A stretch of 64,000 nt of DNA from NCBI RefSeq assembly GCF_009914755.1, contig NC_060935.1; one strand, given 5' to 3'. Source of the stretch: the human T2T-CHM13v2.0 reference genome, Homo sapiens. Position 1 is the first letter of the stretch. The number at the start of each line of letters is the position of its first letter. This document shows, in pieces, positions 39,400 to 54,300 of the stretch. Both the position numbers and the translations under genes were made by a program. The notes below the pieces were generated by a model. The model made no database searches and had not been told where the DNA came from. It saw only the letters and a program-made list of their open reading frames with translations.

Positions 39400-42300
39400 G
39401 TGGTGGAAAAGGAAAATCTTCACATAAAAACTAGATGGAAGCATTCTCAGAAACTACTTTGTGATGATTGCATTCGACTCACAGAGTTGAACATTCCTAT
39501 AGATAGAGCAGGTTGTAAACAATCTTTTTGTAGAATCTGCGATTGGAGATTTGGACTGCTTTGAGGCCTACTGTAGAAAAGGAAATAACTTCATCTAAAA
39601 ACCAAACGGAAGCATTCACAGACAATTCTTAGTGATCATTGGATTGAACTAACAGAGCTGAACATTCCTTTAGATGGAGCAGTTTCCAAACACACTTTCT
39701 GTAGAATCTGCAAGTGGATATTTGGACTTCTCTGAGGATTTCTTTGGAAACGGGATAAACTTCCCAGAACTACACGGAAGCATTCTGAGAAACTTCTTTG
39801 TGATGTTTGCATTCAACTCACAGAGTTGAACCTTGTTTTCATAGTTCAGCTTTCAAACACTCTTTTTGTAGAATCTGCAAGTGGATATTTGGACCACTTT
39901 GTGGCCTTCCTTCGAAACGGGTATATCTTCACATCAAACCTAGACAGAAGCATTCTCAGAATGTTTCCTGTGATGACTGCATTCAACTCACAGAGGTGAA
40001 CAATCCTGTTGATGGAGCAGTTTTGAAACTCTCTTTCTTTGGATTCTGCAAGTTGATATGTCGACCTCTGTGAAGATTTCGTTGGAAACGGGTTCATCTT
40101 CACAGAAAAACTAAACAGAAGCATTCTCAGAAACTGCTTTGTGATGTTTGTGTTCCACTTCAAGAATTGAACTTTCCTCTTGACGGAGCAGCTCTGAAAC
40201 CCTCTTTTTCTAGAATCTGCAAGTTGACATTTGGAGGGCTTTGAGGTCTGTGGTGAAAAAGGAAAATCTTCACATAAAAACTAGATGGAAGCATTCTCAG
40301 AAACTACTTTGTGATGATTGCATTCGACCCACAGAGTTGAACATTCCTATAGATAGAGCAGGTTGTAAACAATCTTTTGTAGAATCTGCGATTGGAGATT
40401 TGGACTGCTTTGAGGCCTACTGTAGTAAAGGAAATAACTTCATCTAAAAACCAAACGGAAGCATTCACAGACAATTCTTAGTGATCATTGGATTGAACTA
40501 ACAGAGCTGAACATTCCCTTAGATGGCGCAGTTTCCAAACCCACTTTCTGTAGAATCTGCAAGTGGATATTTGGACCTCTCTGAGGATTTCGTTGGAAAC
40601 GGGATAAACTTCCCAGAACTACACGGAAGCATTCTGAGAAACTTCTTTGTGATGTTTGCATTCAACTCACAGAGTTGAACCTTGCTTTCATAGTTCAGCT
40701 TTCAAACACTCTTTTTGTAGAATCTGCAAGTGGATATTTGGACCACTTTGTGGCCTTCCTTCGAAACGGGTATATCTTCACATCAAACCTAGACAGAAGC
40801 ATTCTCAGAATGTTTCCTGTGATGACTGCATTCAACTCACAGAGGTGAACAATCCTGCTGATGGAGCAGTTTTGAAACTCTCTTTCTTTGGATTCTGCAA
40901 GTGGATATGTGGACCTCTGTGAAGATTTCGTTGGAAACGGGTTCATCTTCACAGAAAAACTAAACAGGAGCATTCTCAGAAACTGCTTTGTGATGTTTGT
41001 GTTCCACTTTAGGAATTGAACTTTCCTCTTGAGAGAGCAGCTCTGAAACCCTCTTATTCTAGAATCTGCAAGTGGATATTTGGAGGGCTTGGAGGCCTGT
41101 GGTGGAAAAGGAAAATCTTCACATAAAAACTAGATGGAAGCATTCTCAGAAACTACTTTGTGATGATTGCATTCGACCCACAGAGTTGAACATTCCTATA
41201 GATAGAGCAGGTTGTAAACAATCTTTTGTAGAATCTGCGATTGGAGATTTGGACTGCTTTGAGGCCTACTGTAGTAAAGGAAATAACTTCATCTAAAAAC
41301 CAAACGGAAGCATTCACAGACAATTCTTAGTGATCATTGGATTGAACTAACAGAGCTGAACATTCCTTTAGATGGAGCAGTTTCCAAACCCACTTTCTGT
41401 AGAATCTGCAAGTGGATATTTGGACTTCTCTGAGGATTTCGTTGGAAACGGGATAAACTTCCCAGAACTATACGGAAGCATTGTGAGAAACTTCTTTGTG
41501 ATGTTTGCATTCAACTCACAGAGTTGAACCTTGCTTTCATAGTTCAGCTTTCAAACACTCTTTTTGTAGAATCTGCAAGTGGATATTTGGACCACTTTGT
41601 GGCCTTCCTTCGAAACGGGTATATCTTCACATCAAACCTAGACAGAAGCATTCTCAGAATGTTTCCTGTGATGACTGCATTCAACTCACAGAGGTGAACA
41701 ATCCTGCTGATGGAGCAGTTTTGAAACTCTCTTTCTTTGGATTCTGCAAGTGGATATGTGGACCTCTGTGAAGATTTCGTTGGAAACGGGTTCATCCTCA
41801 CAGAAAAACTAAACAGGAGCATTCTCAGAAACTGCTTTGTGATGTTTCTGTTCCACTTCAAGAATTGAACTTTCCTCTTGACAGAGCAGCTCTGAAACCC
41901 TCTTTTTCTAGAATCTGCAAGTGGACATTTGGAGGGCTTTGAGGCCTGTGGTGGAAAAGGAAAATCTTCACATAAAAACTAGATGGAAGCATTCTCAGAA
42001 ACTACTTTGTGATGACTGCATTCGACTCACAGAGTTCAACATTCCTATAGGGAGAGCAGGTTGTAAAAAACCTTTTTGTAGAATCTGCGATTGGAGATTT
42101 GGACTGCTTTGAGGCCTACTGTAGTAAAGGAAATAACTTCATCTAAAAACCAAACGGAAGCATTCACAGACAATTCTTACTGATCATTGCATTGAACTAA
42201 CAGAGCTGAACATTCGTTTAGATGGCGCAGTTTCCAAACACACTTTCTGTAGAATCTGCAAGTGGATATTTGGACCTCTCTGAGGATTTCGTTGGAAACG

Positions 42301-45300
42301 GGATAAACTTCCCAGAACTACACGGAAGCATTCTGAGAAACTTCTTTGTGATGTTTGCATTCAACTCACAGAGTTGAACCTTGCTTTCATAGTTCAGCTT
42401 TCAAACACTCTTTTTGTAGAATCTGCAAGTGGATATTTGGACCACTTTGTGGCCTTCCTTCGAAACGGGTATATCTTCACATCAAACCTACACAGAAGCA
42501 ATCTCAGAATGTTTCCTGTGATGACTGCATTCAACTCACAGAGGTGAACAATCCTGCTGATGGAGCAGTTTTGGAATTCTCTTTCTTTGGATTCTGCAAG
42601 TGGATATGTGGACCTCTGTGAAGATTTCGTTGGAAACGGGTTCATCTTCACAGAAAAACTAAACAGAAGCATTCTCAGAAACTGCTTTGTGATGTTTGTG
42701 TTCCACTTCAGGAATTGAACTTTCCTCTTCACAGAGCAGCTCTGAAACCCTCTTATTCTAGAATCTGCAAGTGGACATTTGAAGGGCTTTGAGGCCTGTG
42801 GTGGAAAAGGAAAATCTTCACATAAAAACTAGATGGAAGCATTCTCAGAAACTACTTTGTGATGATTGCATTCGACTCACAGAGTTGAACATTCCTATAG
42901 ATAGAGCAGGTTGTAAACAATCTTTTTGTAGAATCTGCGATTGGAGATTTGGACTGCTTTGAGGCCTACTGTAGAAAAGGAAATAACTTCATCTAAAAAC
43001 CAAACGGAAGCATTCACAGACAATTCTTAGTGATCATTGGATTGAACTAACAGAGCTGAACATTCCTTTAGATGGAGCAGTTTCCAAACACACTTTCTGT
43101 AGAATCTGCAAGTGGATATTTGGACTTCTCTGAGGATTTCTTTGGAAACGGGATAAACTTCCCAGAACTACACGGAAGCATTCTGAGAAACTTCTTTGTG
43201 ATGTTTGCATTCAACTCACAGAGTTGAACCTTGTTTTCATAGTTCAGCTTTCAAACACTCTTTTTGTAGAATCTGCAAGTGGATATTTGGACCACTTTGT
43301 GGCCTTCCTTCGAAACGGGTATATCTTCACATCAAACCTAGACAGAAGCATTCTCAGAATGTTTCCTGTGATGACTGCATTCAACTCACAGAGGTGAACA
43401 ATCCTGTTGATGGAGCAGTTTTGAAACTCTCTTTCTTTGGATTCTGCAAGTTGATATGTCGACCTCTGTGAAGATTTCGTTGGAAACGGGTTCATCTTCA
43501 CAGAAAAACTAAACAGAAGCATTCTCAGAAACTGCTTTGTGATGTTTGTGTTCCACTTCAAGAATTGAACTTTCCTCTTGACGGAGCAGCTCTGAAACCC
43601 TCTTTTTCTAGAATCTGCAAGTTGACATTTGGAGGGCTTTGAGGTCTGTGGTGAAAAAGGAAAATCTTCACATAAAAACTAGATGGAAGCATTCTCAGAA
43701 ACTACTTTGTGATGATTGCATTCGACCCACAGAGTTGAACATTCCTATAGATAGAGCAGGTTGTAAACAATCTTTTGTAGAATCTGCGATTGGAGATTTG
43801 GACTGCTTTGAGGCCTACTGTAGTAAAGGAAATAACTTCATCTAAAAACCAAACGGAAGCATTCACAGACAATTCTTAGTGATCATTGGATTGAACTAAC
43901 AGAGCTGAACATTCCCTTAGATGGCGCAGTTTCCAAACCCACTTTCTGTAGAATCTGCAAGTGGATATTTGGACCTCTCTGAGGATTTCGTTGGAAACGG
44001 GATAAACTTCCCAGAACTACACGGAAGCATTCTGAGAAACTTCTTTGTGATGTTTGCATTCAACTCACAGAGTTGAACCTTGCTTTCATAGTTCAGCTTT
44101 CAAACACTCTTTTTGTAGAATCTGCAAGTGGATATTTGGACCACTTTGTGGCCTTCCTTCGAAACGGGTATATCTTCACATCAAACCTAGACAGAAGCAT
44201 TCTCAGAATGTTTCCTGTGATGACTGCATTCAACTCACAGAGGTGAACAATCCTGCTGATGGAGCAGTTTTGAAACTCTCTTTCTTTGGATTCTGCAAGT
44301 GGATATGTGGACCTCTGTGAAGATTTCGTTGGAAACGGGTTCATCTTCACAGAAAAACTAAACAGGAGCATTCTCAGAAACTGCTTTGTGATGTTTGTGT
44401 TCCACTTTAGGAATTGAACTTTCCTCTTGAGAGAGCAGCTCTGAAACCCTCTTATTCTAGAATCTGCAAGTGGATATTTGGAGGGCTTGGAGGCCTGTGG
44501 TGGAAAAGGAAAATCTTCACATAAAAACTAGATGGAAGCATTCTCAGAAACTACTTTGTGATGATTGCATTCGACCCACAGAGTTGAACATTCCTATAGA
44601 TAGAGCAGGTTGTAAACAATCTTTTGTAGAATCTGCGATTGGAGATTTGGACTGCTTTGAGGCCTACTGTAGTAAAGGAAATAACTTCATCTAAAAACCA
44701 AACGGAAGCATTCACAGACAATTCTTAGTGATCATTGGATTGAACTAACAGAGCTGAACATTCCTTTAGATGGAGCAGTTTCCAAACCCACTTTCTGTAG
44801 AATCTGCAAGTGGATATTTGGACTTCTCTGAGGATTTCGTTGGAAACGGGATAAACTTCCCAGAACTATACGGAAGCATTGTGAGAAACTTCTTTGTGAT
44901 GTTTGCATTCAACTCACAGAGTTGAACCTTGCTTTCATAGTTCAGCTTTCAAACACTCTTTTTGTAGAATCTGCAAGTGGATATTTGGACCACTTTGTGG
45001 CCTTCCTTCGAAACGGGTATATCTTCACATCAAACCTAGACAGAAGCATTCTCAGAATGTTTCCTGTGATGACTGCATTCAACTCACAGAGGTGAACAAT
45101 CCTGCTGATGGAGCAGTTTTGAAACTCTCTTTCTTTGGATTCTGCAAGTGGATATGTGGACCTCTGTGAAGATTTCGTTGGAAACGGGTTCATCCTCACA
45201 GAAAAACTAAACAGGAGCATTCTCAGAAACTGCTTTGTGATGTTTCTGTTCCACTTCAAGAATTGAACTTTCCTCTTGACAGAGCAGCTCTGAAACCCTC

Positions 45301-46200
45301 TTTTTCTTGAATCTGCAAGTGGACATTTGGAGGGCTTTGAGGCCTGTGGTGGAAAAGGAAAATCTTCACATAAAAACTAGATGGAAGCATTCTCAGAAAC
45401 TACTTTGTGATGACTGCATTCGACTCACAGAGTTCAACATTCCTATAGGGAGAGCAGGTTGTAAAAAACCTTTTTGTAGAATCTGCGATTGGAGATTTGG
45501 ACTGCTTTGAGGCCTACTGTAGTAAAGGAAATAACTTCATCTAAAAACCAAACGGAAGCATTCACAGACAATTCTTACTGATCATTGCATTGAACTAACA
45601 GAGCTGAACATTCGTTTAGATGGCGCAGTTTCCAAACACACTTTCTGTAGAATCTGCAAGTGGATATTTGGACCTCTCTGAGGATTTCGTTGGAAACGGG
45701 ATAAACTTCCCAGAACTACACGGAAGCATTCTGAGAAACTTCTTTGTGATGTTTGCATTCAACTCACAGAGTTGAACCTTGCTTTCATAGTTCAGCTTTC
45801 AAACACTCTTTTTGTAGAATCTGCAAGTGGATATTTGGACCACTTTGTGGCCTTCCTTCGAAACGGGTATATCTTCACATCAAACCTACACAGAAGCAAT
45901 CTCAGAATGTTTCCTGTGATGACTGCATTCAACTCACAGAGGTGAACAATCCTGCTGATGGAGCAGTTTTGGAATTCTCTTTCTTTGGATTCTGCAAGTG
46001 GATATGTGGACCTCTGTGAAGATTTCGTTGGAAACGGGTTCATCTTCACAGAAAAACTAAACAGAAGCATTCTCAGAAACTGCTTTGTGATGTTTGTGTT
46101 CCACTTCAGGAATTGAACTTTCCTCTTCACAGAGCAGCTCTGAAACCCTCTTATTCTAGAATCTGCAAGTGGACATTTGAAGGGCTTTGAGGCCTGTGGT
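39400..46200 (+). repeat. Near-perfect tandem duplication of a 4-HOR block (offset 3398 bp)
   Basis: Units 39807/43205, 40656/44054, 41505/44903, 42355/45753 share rare variants (TGTCGACC, CACTTTAGG, ACTATACGG, AAAAAACC, CTTACTGA, AGCAATCT, TTGGAATTC, TCTTCACAGAG). Confidence 0.92.
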
Positions 46201-47199
46201 GGAAAAGGAAAATCTTCACATAAAAACTAGATGGAAGCATTCTCAGAAACTACTTTGTGATGATTGCATTCGACTCACAGAGTTGAACATTCCTATAGAT
46301 AGAGCAGGTTGTAAACAATCTTTTTGTAGAATCTGCGATTGGAGATTTGGACTGCTTTGAGGCCTACTGTAGTAAAGGAAATAACTTCATCTAAAAACCA
46401 AACGGAAGCATTCACAGACAATTCTTAGTGATCATTGGATTGAACTAACAGAGCTGTACATTCCTTTAGATGGAGCAGTTTCCAAACACACTTTCTGTAG
46501 AATCTGCAAGTGGATATTTGGACTTCTCTGAGGATTTCGTTGGAAACGGGATAAACTTCCCAGAACTACACGGAAGCATTGTGAGAAACTTCTTTGTGAT
46601 GTTTTCATTCAACTCACAGAGTTGAACCTTGCTTTCATAGTTCAGCTTTCAAACACTCTTTTTGTAGAATCTGCAAGTGGATATTTGGACCACTTTGTGG
46701 CCTTCCTTCGAAACGGGTATATCTTCACATCAAACCTATACAGAAGCATTCTCAGAATGTTTCCTGTGATGACTACATTCAACTCACAGAGGTGAACAAT
46801 CCTGTTGATGGAGTAGTTTTGAAACTCTCTTTCTTTGGATTCTGCAAGTGGATATGTGGACCTCTGTGAAGATTTCGTTGGAAACGGGTTCATCTTCACA
46901 GAAAAACTAAACAGAAGCATTCTCAGAAACTGCTTTGTGATGTTTGTGTTCCACTTCAAGAATTGAACTTTCCTTTTGACAGAGCAGCTCTGAAACCCTC
47001 TTTTTCTAGAATCTGCAAGTGGACATTTGGAGGGCTTTGAGGTCTGTGGTGGAAAAGGAAAATCTTCACATAAAAACTAGATGGAAGCATTCTCAGAAAC
47101 TACTTTGTGATGATTGCATTCGACTCACAGAGTTGAACATTCCTATAGATAGAGCAGGTTGTAAACAATCTTTTTGTAGAATCTGCGATTGGAGATTTG

Positions 47200-50100
47200 G
47201 ACTGCTTTGAGGCCTACTGTAGTAAAGGAAATAACTTCATCTAAAAACCAAACGGAAGCATTCACAGATAATTCTTAGTGATCATTGCATTGAACTAACA
47301 GAGCTGAACATTCCTTTAGATAGCGCAGTTTCCAAACACACTTTCTGTAGAACCTGCAAGTGGATATTTGGACTTCTCTGAGGATTTCGTTGGAAACGGG
47401 ATAAACTTCCCAGAACTACACGGAAGCATTGTGAGAAACTTCTTTGTGATGTTTGCATTCAACTCACAGAGTTGAACCTTGCTTTCATAGTTCAGCTTTC
47501 AAACACTCTTTTTGTAGAATCTGCAAGTGGATATTTGGACCACTTTGTGGCCTTCCTTCGAAACGGGTATATCTTCACATCAAACCTAGACAGAAGCATT
47601 CTCAGAATGTTTCCTGTGATGACTGCATTCATCTCACAGAGGTGAACAATCCTGTTGATGGAGCAGTTTTGAAACTCTCTTTCTTTGTATTCTGCAAGTG
47701 GATATGTGGAACTCTGTGCAGATTTCGTTGGAAACGGGTTCATCTTCACAGAAAAACTAAACAGGAGCATTCTCAGAAACTGCTTTATGATGTTTGTGTT
47801 CCACTTCAGGAATTGAACTTTCCTCTTGACAGAGCAGCTCTGAAACCCTCTTATTCTAGAATCTGCAAGTGGACATTTGGAGGGCTTTGAGGCCTGTGGT
47901 GGAAAAGGAAAATCTTCACATAAAAACTAGATGGAAGCATTCTCAGAAACTACTTTGTGATGATTGCATTCGACTCACAGAGTTGAACATTCCTATAGAT
48001 AGAGCAGGTTGTAAACAATCTTTTTGTAGAATCTGCGATTGGAGATTTGGACTGCTTTGAGGCCTACTGTAGTAAAGGAAATAACTTCATCTAAAAACCA
48101 AACGGAAGCATTCACAGACAATTCTTAGTGATCATTGGATTGAACTAACAGAGCTGAACATTCCTTTAGATGGAGCAGTTTCCAAACCCACTTTCTGTAG
48201 AATCTGCAAGTGGATATTTGGACTTCTCTGAGGATTTCGTTGGAAACGGGATAAAATTCCCAGAACTACACGGAAGCATTGTGAGAAACTTCTTTGTGAT
48301 GTTTGCATTCAACTCACAGAGTTGAACCTTGCTTTCATAGTTCAGCTTTCAAACACTCTTTTTGTAGAATCTGCAAGTGGATATTTGGACCACTTTGTGG
48401 CCTTCCTTCGAAACGGGTATATCTTCACATCAAACCTAGACAGAAGCATTCTCAGAATGTTTCCTGTGATGACTGCATTCAACTCACAGAGGTGAACAAT
48501 CCTGCTGATGGAGCAGTTTTGAAACTCTCTTTCTTTGGATTCTGCAAGTGGATATGTGGACCTCTGTGAAGATTTCGTTGGAAACGGGTTCATCTTCACA
48601 GAAAAAATAAACAGGAGCATTCTCAGAAACTGCTTTGTGATGTTTGTGTTCCACTTCAGGAATTGAACTTTCCTCTTGACAGAGCAGCTCTGAAACCCTC
48701 TTATTCTAGAATCTGCAAGTGGACATTTGGAGGGCTTGGAGGCCTGTGGTGGAAAAGGAAAATCTTCACATAAAAACTAGATGGAAGCATTCTCAGAAAC
48801 TACTTTGTGATGATTGCATTCGACTCACAGAGTTGAACATTCCTATAGATAGAGCAGTTTGTAAACAATCTTTTTGTAGAATCTGCGATTGGAGATTTGG
48901 ACTGCTTTGAGGCCTACTGTAGTAAAGGAAATAACTTCATCTAAAAACCAAACGGAAGCATTCACAGACAATTCTTAGTGATCATTGGATTGAACTAACA
49001 GAGCTGAACATTCCTTTAGATGGAGCAGTTTCCAAACCCACTTTCTGTAGAATCTGCAAGTGGATATTTGGACTTCTCTGAGGATTTCGTTGGAAACGGG
49101 ATAAACTTCCCAGAACTACACGGAAGCATTGTGAGAAACTTCTTTGTGATGTTTGCATTCAACTCACAGAGTTGAACCTTGCTTTCATAGTTCAGCTTTC
49201 AAACACTCTTTTTGTAGAATCTGCAAGTGGATATTTGGACCACTTTGTGGCCTTCCTTCGAAACGGGTATATCTTCACATCAAACTTAGACAGAAGCATT
49301 CTCAGAATGTTTCCTGTGATGACTGCATTCAACTCACAGAGGTGAACAATCCTGCTGATGGAGCAGTTTTGAAACTCTCTTTCTTTGTATTCTGCAAGTG
49401 GATATGTGGACCTCTGTGAAGATTTCGTTGGAAACGGGGTCATCTTCACAGAAAAACTAAACAGGAGCATTCTCAGAAACTGCTTTGTGATATTTGTGTT
49501 CCACTTCAAGAATTGAACTTTCCTCTTGAGAGAGCAGCTCTGAAACCCTCTTTTTCTAGAATCTGCAAGTGGACATTTGGAGCGCTTTGAGGCCTGTGGT
49601 GGAAAAGGAAAATCTTCACATAAAAACTAGATGGAAGCATTCTCAGAAACTACTTTGTGATGATTGCATTCGACTCACAGAGTTGAACATTCCTATAGAT
49701 AGAGCAGGTTGTAAACAATCTTTTTGTAGAATCTGCGATTGGAGATTTGGACTGCTTTGAGGCCTACTGTAGAAAAGGAAATAACTTCATCTAAAAACCA
49801 AACGGAAGCATTCACAGACAATTCTTAGTGATCATTGGATTGAACTAACAGAGCTGAACATTCCTTTAGATGGAGCAGTTTCCAAACACACTTTCTGTAG
49901 AATCTGCAAGTGTATATTTGGACTTCTCTGAGGATTTCTTTGGAAACGGGATAAACTTCCCAGAACTACACGGAAGCATTCTGAGAAACTTCTTTGTGAT
50001 GTTTGCATTCAACTCACAGAGTTGAACCTTGTTTTCATAGTTCAGCTTTCAAACACTCTTTTTGTAGAATCTGCAAGTGGATATTTGGACCACTTTGTGG

Positions 50101-51300
50101 CCTTCCTTCGAAACGGGTATATCTTCACATCAAACCTAGACAGAAGCATTCTCAGAATGTTTCCTGTGATGACTGCATTCAACTCACAGAGGTGAACAAT
50201 CCTGTTGATGGAGCAGTTTTGAAACTCTCTTTCTTTGGATTCTGCAAGTTGATATGTCGACCTCTGTGAAGATTTCGTTGGAAACGGGTTCATCTTCACA
50301 GAAAAACTAAACAGAAGCATTCTCAGAAACTGCTTTGTGATGTTTGTGTTCCACTTCAAGAATTGAACTTTCCTCTTGACGGAGCAGCTCTGAAACCCTC
50401 TTTTTCTAGAATCTGCAAGTTGACATTTGGAGGGCTTTGAGGTCTGTGGTGAAAAAGGAAAATCTTCACATAAAAACTAGATGGAAGCATTCTCAGAAAC
50501 TACTTTGTGATGATTGCATTCGACCCACAGAGTTGAACATTCCTATAGATAGAGCAGGTTGTAAACAATCTTTTGTAGAATCTGCGATTGGAGATTTGGA
50601 CTGCTTTGAGGCCTACTGTAGTAAAGGAAATAACTTCATCTAAAAACCAAACGGAAGCATTCACAGACAATTCTTAGTGATCATTGGATTGAACTAACAG
50701 AGCTGAACATTCCCTTAGATGGCGCAGTTTCCAAACCCACTTTCTGTAGAATCTGCAAGTGGATATTTGGACCTCTCTGAGGATTTCGTTGGAAACGGGA
50801 TAAACTTCCCAGAACTACACGGAAGCATTCTGAGAAACTTCTTTGTGATGTTTGCATTCAACTCACAGAGTTGAACCTTGCTTTCATATTTCAGCTTTCA
50901 AACACTCTTTTTGTAGAATCTGCAAGTGGATATTTGGACCACTTTGTGGCCTTCCTTCGAAAGGGGTATATCTTCACATCAAACCTAGACAGAAGCATTC
51001 TCAGAATGTTTCCTGTGATGACTGCATTCAACTCACAGAGGTGAACAATCCTGCTGATGGAGCAGTTTTGAAACTCTCTTTCTTTGGATTCTGCAAGTGG
51101 ATATGTGGACCTCTGTGAAGATTTCGTTGGAAACGGGTTCATCTTCACAGAAAAACTAAACAGGAGCATTCTCAGAAACTGCTTTGTGATGTTTGTGTTC
51201 CACTTCAGGAATTGAACTTTCCTCTTGAGAGAGCAGCTCTGAAACCCTCTTATTCTAGAATCTGCAAGTGGACATTTGGAGGGCTTGGAGGCCTGTGGTG
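47200..51300 (+). repeat. Dispersed copy of the ~5-HOR block at ~37000-41100 (offset 10196 bp = 12 HORs)
   Basis: Shared GATAGCGCAG, TTCATCTCAC, GGAACTCTGTGC, TTTATGATG, AAACTTAGA, CGGGGTC, GGAGCGCT, GTAGAAAAGG in the same order. Confidence 0.88.
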
Positions 51301-54300
51301 GAAAAGGAAAATCTTCACATAAAAACTAGATGGAAGCATTCTCAGAAACTACTTTGTGATGATTGCATTCGACTCACAGAGTTGAACATTCCTATAGATA
51401 GAGCAGTTTGTAAACAATCTTTTTGTAGAATCTGCGATTGGAGATTTGGACTGCTTTGAGGCCTACTGTAGTAAAGGAAATAACTTCATCTAAAAACCAA
51501 ACGGAAGCATTCACAGACAATTCTTAGTGATCATTGGATTGAACTAACAGAGCTGAACATTCCTTTAGATGGAGCAGTTTCCAAACCCACTTTCTGTAGA
51601 ATCTGCAAGTGGATATTTGGACTTCTCTGAGGATTTCGTTGGAAACGGGATAAACTTCCCAGAACTACACGGAAGCATTGTGAGAAACTTCTTTGTGATG
51701 TTTGCATTCAACTCACAGAGTTGAACCTTGCTTTCATAGTTCAGCTTTCAAACACTCTTTTTGTAGAATCTGCAAGTGGATATTTGGACCACTTTGTGGC
51801 CTTCCTTCGAAACGGGTATATCTTCACATCAAACCTAGACAGAAGCATTCTCAGAATGTTTCCTGTGATGACTGCATTCAACTCACAGAGGTGAACAATC
51901 CTGCTGATGGAGCAGTTTTGAAACTCTCTTTCTTTGGATTCTGCAAGTGGATATGTGGACCTCTGTGAAGATTTCGTTGGAAACGGGTTCATCTTCACAG
52001 AAAAACTAAACAGGAGCATTCTCAGAAACTGCTTTGTGATGTTTGTGTTCCACTTCAAGAATTGAACTTTCCTCTTTACAGAGCAGCTCTGAAACACTCT
52101 TTTTCTAGAATCTGCAAGTGGACATTTGGAGGGCTTTGAGGCCTGTGGTGGAAAAGGAAAATCTTCACATAAAAACTAGATGGAAGCATTCTCAGAAACT
52201 ACTTTGTGATGATTGCATTCGACTCACAGAGTTCAACATTCCTATAGGGAGAGCAGGTTGTAAACAATCTTTTTGTAGAATCTGCGATTAGAGATTTGGA
52301 CTGCTTTGAGGCCTACTGTAGTAAAGGAAATAACTTCATCTAAAAACCAAACGGAAGCATTCACAGACAATTCTTAGTGATCATTGGATTGAACTAACAG
52401 AGCTGAACATTCCTTTAGATGGCGCAGTTTCCAGACACACTTTCTGTAGAATCTGCAAGTGGATATTTGGACCTCTCTGAGGATTTCGTTGGAAACAGGA
52501 TAAACTTCCCAGAACTACACGGAAGCATTCTGAGAAACTTCTTTGTGATGTTTGCATTCAACTCACAGAGTTGAACCTTGCTTTCATAGTTCAGCTTTCA
52601 AACACTCTTTTTGTAGAATCTGCAAGTGGATATTTGGACCACTTTGTGGCCTTCCTTCGAAACTGGTATATCTTCACATCAAACCGAGACAGAAGCATTC
52701 TCAGAATGTTTCCTGTGATGACTGCATTCAACTCACAGAGGTGAACAATCCTGCTGATGGAGCAGTTTTGAAACTCTCTTTCTTTGGATTCTGCAAGTGG
52801 ATATGTGGACCTCTGTGAAGATTTCGTTGGAAACGGGTTCATCTTCACAGAAAAATTAACAGGAGCATTCTCAGAAACTGCTTTGTGATGTTTGTGTTCC
52901 ACTTCAAGAATTGAACTTTCCTCTTGACAGAGCAGCTCTGCAACCCTCTTTTTCTAGAATCTGCAAGTGGACATTTGGAGGGCTTTGAGGCCTGTGGTGG
53001 AAAAGGAAAATCTTCACATAAAAACTAGATGGAAGCATTCTCAGAAACTCCTTTGTGATGATTGCATTCGACTCACAGAGTTGAACATTCCTATAGATAG
53101 AGCAGGTTGTAAACAATCTTTTTGTAGAATCTGCGATTGGAGATTTGGACTGCTTTGAGGCCTACTGTAGTAAAGGAAATAACTTCATCTAAAAACCAAA
53201 CGGAAGCATTCACAGACAATTCTTAGTGATCATTGCATTGAACTAACAGTGCTGAACATTCGTTTAGATGGCGCAGTTTCCAAACACACTTTCTGTAGAA
53301 TCTGCAAGTGGATATTTGGACCTCTCTGAGGATTTCGTTGGAAACGGGATAAACTTCCCAGAACTACACGGAAGCATTGTGAGAAACTTCTTTGTGATGT
53401 TTGCATTCAACTCACAGAGTTGAACCTTGCTTTCATAGTTCAGCTTTCAAACACTCTTTTTGTAGAATCTGCAAGTGGATATTTGGACCACTTTGTGGCC
53501 TTCCTTCGAAACGGGTATATCTTCACATCAAACCTAGACAGAAGCATTCTCAGAATGTTTCCTGTGATGACTGCATTCAACTCACAGAGGTGAACAATCC
53601 TGCTGATGGAGCAGTTTTGAAACTCTCTTTCTTTGGATTCTGCAAGTGGATATGTGGACCTCTGTGAAGATTTCGTTGGAAACGGGTTCATCTTCACAGA
53701 AAAACTAAACAGGAGCATTCTCAGAAACTGCTTTGTGATGTTTGTGTTCCACTTCAGGAATTGAACTTTCCTCTTGAGAGAGCAGCTCTGAAACCCTCTT
53801 ATTCTAGAATCTGCAAGTGGACATTTGGAGGGCTTGGAGGCCTGTGGTGGAAAAGGAAAATCTTCACATAAAAACTAGATGGAAGCATTCTCAGAAACTA
53901 CTTTGTGATGATTGCATTCGACTCACAGAGTTGAACATTCCTATAGATAGAGCAGTTTGTAAACAATCTTTTTGTAGAATCTGCGATTGGAGATTTGGAC
54001 TGCTTTGAGGCCTACTGTAGTAAAGGAAATAACTTCATCTAAAAACCAAACGGAAGCATTCACAGACAATTCTTAGTGATCATTGGATTGAACTAACAGA
54101 GCTGAACATTCCTTTAGATGGAGCAGTTTCCAAACCCACTTTCTGTAGAATCTGCAAGTGGATATTTGGACTTCTCTGAGGATTTCGTTGGAAACGGGAT
54201 AAACTTCCCAGAACTACACGGAAGCATTCTGAGAAACTTCTTTGTGATGTTTGCATTCAACTCACAGAGTTGAACCTTGCTTTCATAGTTCAGCTTTCAA

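Noticed and set aside
30461-47890. Longer 145 aa ORFs (30461, 34708, 37257, 38957, 47453)
   Set aside because: They arise from a single substitution in a TGA stop, spread by duplication; there is no evidence of coding constraint.
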